35,909 nt of DNA. Source: a virus (lineage: Duplodnaviria; Caudoviricetes). A program made the translations under genes and the position numbers. This document shows, piece after piece, positions 33,219-35,909 of this stretch. A model generated the notes under the pieces. That model saw nothing but the letters and a program-made list of their open reading frames with translations, did no database searches and was not told the origin of the DNA. The stretch's first letter is position 1, and every line of letters starts with the position of its first letter. The DNA lies in IMG/VR virus record IMGVR_UViG_3300008107_000166, positions 1 to 35,909 of that record. One strand, written 5' to 3'.

Positions 33219-35909
33219 TTACGGGTGGGACGCTTTGTAAGCATCAAATTCGGCTTTAAGTTCTTGAATGGCTTTTACCAATACAGATACCATGCGGTCA
33301 TAAGACACAGAATCCGCTTGACCTTCTTTGTTTACGCCAACCAACTCTGGAACAATTGGTTGTAATTCTTCAGCAATTAAACCAACATCAGAACGCCCAT
33401 TATCTTTGTATTCAAATTGGGCAGAGCGCATTTGCATCACATGAGCCAAACCATAGATACTGTCACGGATGTTATCTTTGTATCGAGCAGAAGATGTATC
33501 GTAGGTAACAGCGCCAGTTGAAGTGTTGTACTTTAAAGCATTTGTACCAGCACCACTATTCATGGTGTAGTAAAACAAGTATCCACTTCCATTGATAATT
33601 TGTCTTGGATTCCCATCACCATCCGACAGCACAATGTTGTTGCTGCTCGTGCGGATGTCCAAGCCGCCTTGGTTGCCGTTGTAAAAGCCAAGAATGGTAT
33701 TTTTTGAACCAGTAGTAATACTACTACCTGCGCCCCGACCAATCAGGGTGTTGGACGAACCAGTCGTTACGGAATAACCAGACGCTTGCCCAACAAATGT
33801 ATTGTATGTATCTAAATTGGTGGGTTGATTGAAACTGTATCCAGCCTCTTTCCCAATAAATACATTACTGAACCCGGCGGTGTTGCTGTACCCAGCCAGA
33901 TTGCCAACTACTGTATTGTTGGAGCCAGTCGTGTTGCTATACCCAGCCTGATACCCAACAGCCGTGTTGCTGGAGGCGGTGGTGTTGGAGTAAAGCGAAT
34001 TAAGCCCTAACGCGACGTTGTACGATCCTGTCGTATTTTTGTTAAGCGCCTGATGTCCAAACGCGGAGTTATTTTGACCCGTCGTATTATTTTGAAGAGC
34101 GGTATGTCCAACTGCCGTGTGATACGTTCCCGTCGTATTATTGGTCAGCGCAAGATAACCAACCGCAGTGCTACCGTCTCCTGTGGTGTTAGCAAAAAGC
34201 GCATCTAAACCAACCGCAGTATTTGTATTTCCTGTGGTGTTATTGTAAAGCGCACGATACCCAATAGCAGTTGTACTTCCAGCAGTGCTGGTACGCGCCG
34301 CACCCGATCCAACCGCAGTGTTATTACCGCCGGTGGTGTTTGAATAAAGTGCCTCTAAACCAACAGCCACGTTGTTGGAGGCGGTGGTGTTTAGATTAAG
34401 CGCCTGATATCCAACTGCAACGTTATTAGCGCCGGTAGAATTTGTAGCAAGAGTCTCATAGCCAAACGCTGCGTTGTACTCTCCGGTCGTATTGTTCAAA
34501 CCGGAGAATGAACCAAAAAACGAGTTCCTTGCCCCCGTTGTGTTAGCCGTGCCAGCCTGATATCCAACCGCAGTGTTATAGGATGCTGTCGTGTTAGCGT
34601 TAAGCGCAGATGAGCCAACGGCGGTGTTATAGGAACCTGTGGTCGTAAGTCGCAGCGCAGATCTGCCAACTGCAACGTTGTCGCCAGCCGTTGTTGCAGT
34701 AACTAAAGCAATAGAACCTAATGCTGTGTTGTTAGCCCCAGTTGTTAGGTTTTGTGCTGCGGAATCACCAACCGCCGTGTTTTCGACAGCGGTAGTGGTT
34801 TCTTTTAACGCTCGATAACCTAAAGCGGTATTGTAATTACCCGTGGTGTTTTTATTTAAGGCTTCAAAGCCGATAGCGGTAATTTCAAGCCCAGTCGTAT
34901 TGCTGTACGCAGCCTGATAGCCGACTGCTACGTTGTTGGAGGCGGTGGTGTTTTGACTAAGCGCCTGATACCCCATTGCTGTATTGTTTGAGCCTGTTGT
35001 GTTTTCTTGCATCGCAATCCAACCCACAACAGTATTGGATGACCCCGTCGTGTTTCTATAAAAAGTCGGTACTTCTGCGCTGCCATCTCCACCGCCCACA
35101 GCAACGTTGTATGTGCCAGTGGTATTCAACTGCATCGTTTGACAACCGATTGCAGTATTTCTACCAGCCGTGGACGTATATGCTGCGTTATATCCTACGG
35201 CTGTTAATGCATTTGAAGTCGAATTGGAATAACCAGACGCCGTGCCTACTAATGTATTTCCAGTACCAGTTGAGTTCGTATATGCAGCCTGATACCCCAC
35301 AGCCGTGTTGTTGGAAGCGGTGGTGTTGGAGTAGAGAGCGGCTGAACCAACGGCGGTATTGTTGCCTCCGGTTGTATTACTGTAGAGAGCAGCGCCGCCA
35401 AAAGCCCGGTTGTTTGATCCGGTTGTATTGCTGTAAAGAGCCGTCACTCCGAAAGCGTCATTAGCCGTTCCGGTCGTGTTGGCATATCCAGCCTGATACC
35501 CAACAGCGGTGTTGAATGAAGCGGTGGTATTTTTGTTTAGAGATTCATAACCGATTGCTGTGTTTGAACCACCAGTTGAGTTTGTAAACAGGGACGCTCT
35601 ACCAACCGCCGTGTTGTAACTTGCAGTCGTATTGCCAAACAACGCTGCCGAGCCAACTCCGGTATTGAAGTCTCCGGTGGTATTGACAATTAACGCAGAG
35701 TTTCCAATTGCCGTACTATTATTACCGCTGGTGTTGGCCTTTAACGTACTAAATCCAAACCCGGTATTACCCTGACCAGTTTGTGATGCGTTAGACAGTA
35801 CATCCACGCCAACTGCCGTATTTGTTGAGACGTTCCCAACGCCCTGCCCGACAGCCATGCCGTCGATGGTGGCTTGGTTGGTGCTGACGAGCGTGTTGGC
35901 CGTGAGCGT
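33219..35909 (-). CDS. Tail fibre, C-terminal part: 17-aa beta-solenoid repeats and peptidase S74 intramolecular chaperone
   Basis: Repeats of the NTAVGYQALYSNTTGSN type; terminal TSSARYKDNI...GLIAEEL...VSYDRMVSVLVKAIQEL. Confidence 0.93.
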   Translation of the reverse strand, partial: TLTANTLVSTNQATIDGMAVGQGVGNVSTNTAVGVDVLSNASQTGQGNTGFGFSTLKANTSGNNSTAIGNSALIVNTTGDFNTGVGSAALFGNTTASYNTAVGRASLFTNSTGGSNTAIGYESLNKNTTASFNTAVGYQAGYANTTGTANDAFGVTALYSNTTGSNNRAFGGAALYSNTTGGNNTAVGSAALYSNTTASNNTAVGYQAAYTNSTGTGNTLVGTASGYSNSTSNALTAVGYNAAYTSTAGRNTAIGCQTMQLNTTGTYNVAVGGGDGSAEVPTFYRNTTGSSNTVVGWIAMQENTTGSNNTAMGYQALSQNTTASNNVAVGYQAAYSNTTGLEITAIGFEALNKNTTGNYNTALGYRALKETTTAVENTAVGDSAAQNLTTGANNTALGSIALVTATTAGDNVAVGRSALRLTTTGSYNTAVGSSALNANTTASYNTAVGYQAGTANTTGARNSFFGSFSGLNNTTGEYNAAFGYETLATNSTGANNVAVGYQALNLNTTASNNVAVGLEALYSNTTGGNNTAVGSGAARTSTAGSTTAIGYRALYNNTTGNTNTAVGLDALFANTTGDGSTAVGYLALTNNTTGTYHTAVGHTALQNNTTGQNNSAFGHQALNKNTTGSYNVALGLNSLYSNTTASSNTAVGYQAGYSNTTGSNNTVVGNLAGYSNTAGFSNVFIGKEAGYSFNQPTNLDTYNTFVGQASGYSVTTGSSNTLIGRGAGSSITTGSKNTILGFYNGNQGGLDIRTSSNNIVLSDGDGNPRQIINGSGYLFYYTMNSGAGTNALKYNTSTGAVTYDTSSARYKDNIRDSIYGLAHVMQMRSAQFEYKDNGRSDVGLIAEELQPIVPELVGVNKEGQADSVSYDRMVSVLVKAIQELKAEFDAYKASHP
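35796..35909. repeat. Terminal direct repeat, copy 2 (circular assembly overlap)
   Basis: Identical to 1-114 and lies inside the tail-fibre ORF, whose frame is preserved across the join. Confidence 0.97.

Noticed and set aside
33700-35800. CRISPR array or diversity-generating retroelement in the repeated region
   Set aside because: The repeats are degenerate in-frame coding units. There are no spacers, cas genes, reverse transcriptase or adenine-specific TR/VR pair.
1-35909. Stop-codon reassignment
   Set aside because: Genes are full length and tightly coupled under the standard code, and the tRNA is not a suppressor.

Overview
Apparently complete, circularly assembled dsDNA tailed-phage genome of 35,795 bp. 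Bases 1-114 recur exactly at 35796-35909, and the tail-fibre gene reads in frame across that join. Gene order is P22/podovirus-like. A very long leftward unit carries cro, a structured leader, a DUF559-type nuclease, a replication protein, VRR-NUC, a methyltransferase, a Dps-like protein, an ADP-ribosyltransferase-like protein, terminases, portal, scaffold, capsid, decoration, a Maf/DUF115-type glycosyltransferase, tail adaptor and hub, a GNAT, ejection proteins, a 1462-aa tail fibre, holin and endolysin. A short rightward early unit carries Sak, YqaJ exonuclease, SSB, a CDI-like glycosyltransferase, NinB, DUF1364 and small ORFs, and ends in a tRNA-Gln. I could not recognise an integrase, CI repressor, N/Q antiterminator, helicase, primase, polymerase or spanins. 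Most notable: (1) three unrelated glycosyltransferases plus a methyltransferase, one inside the head module (candidate virion glycosylation); (2) a ~250-nt structured leader with face-to-face sigma70 promoters, a small counter-transcript and a G6-TA-G6 hairpin upstream of a truncated replication gene; (3) a shared N-terminal R-x2-3-LAxxL-x-Q motif on the ART-like protein and putative ejected proteins; (4) a Gln-rich ejection protein with a strict 18-residue helical repeat; (5) a tRNA-Gln(UUG) with C33 whose acceptor stem supplies the stop codons of both convergent neighbours. All family calls come from motif recognition by eye, not from database searches.
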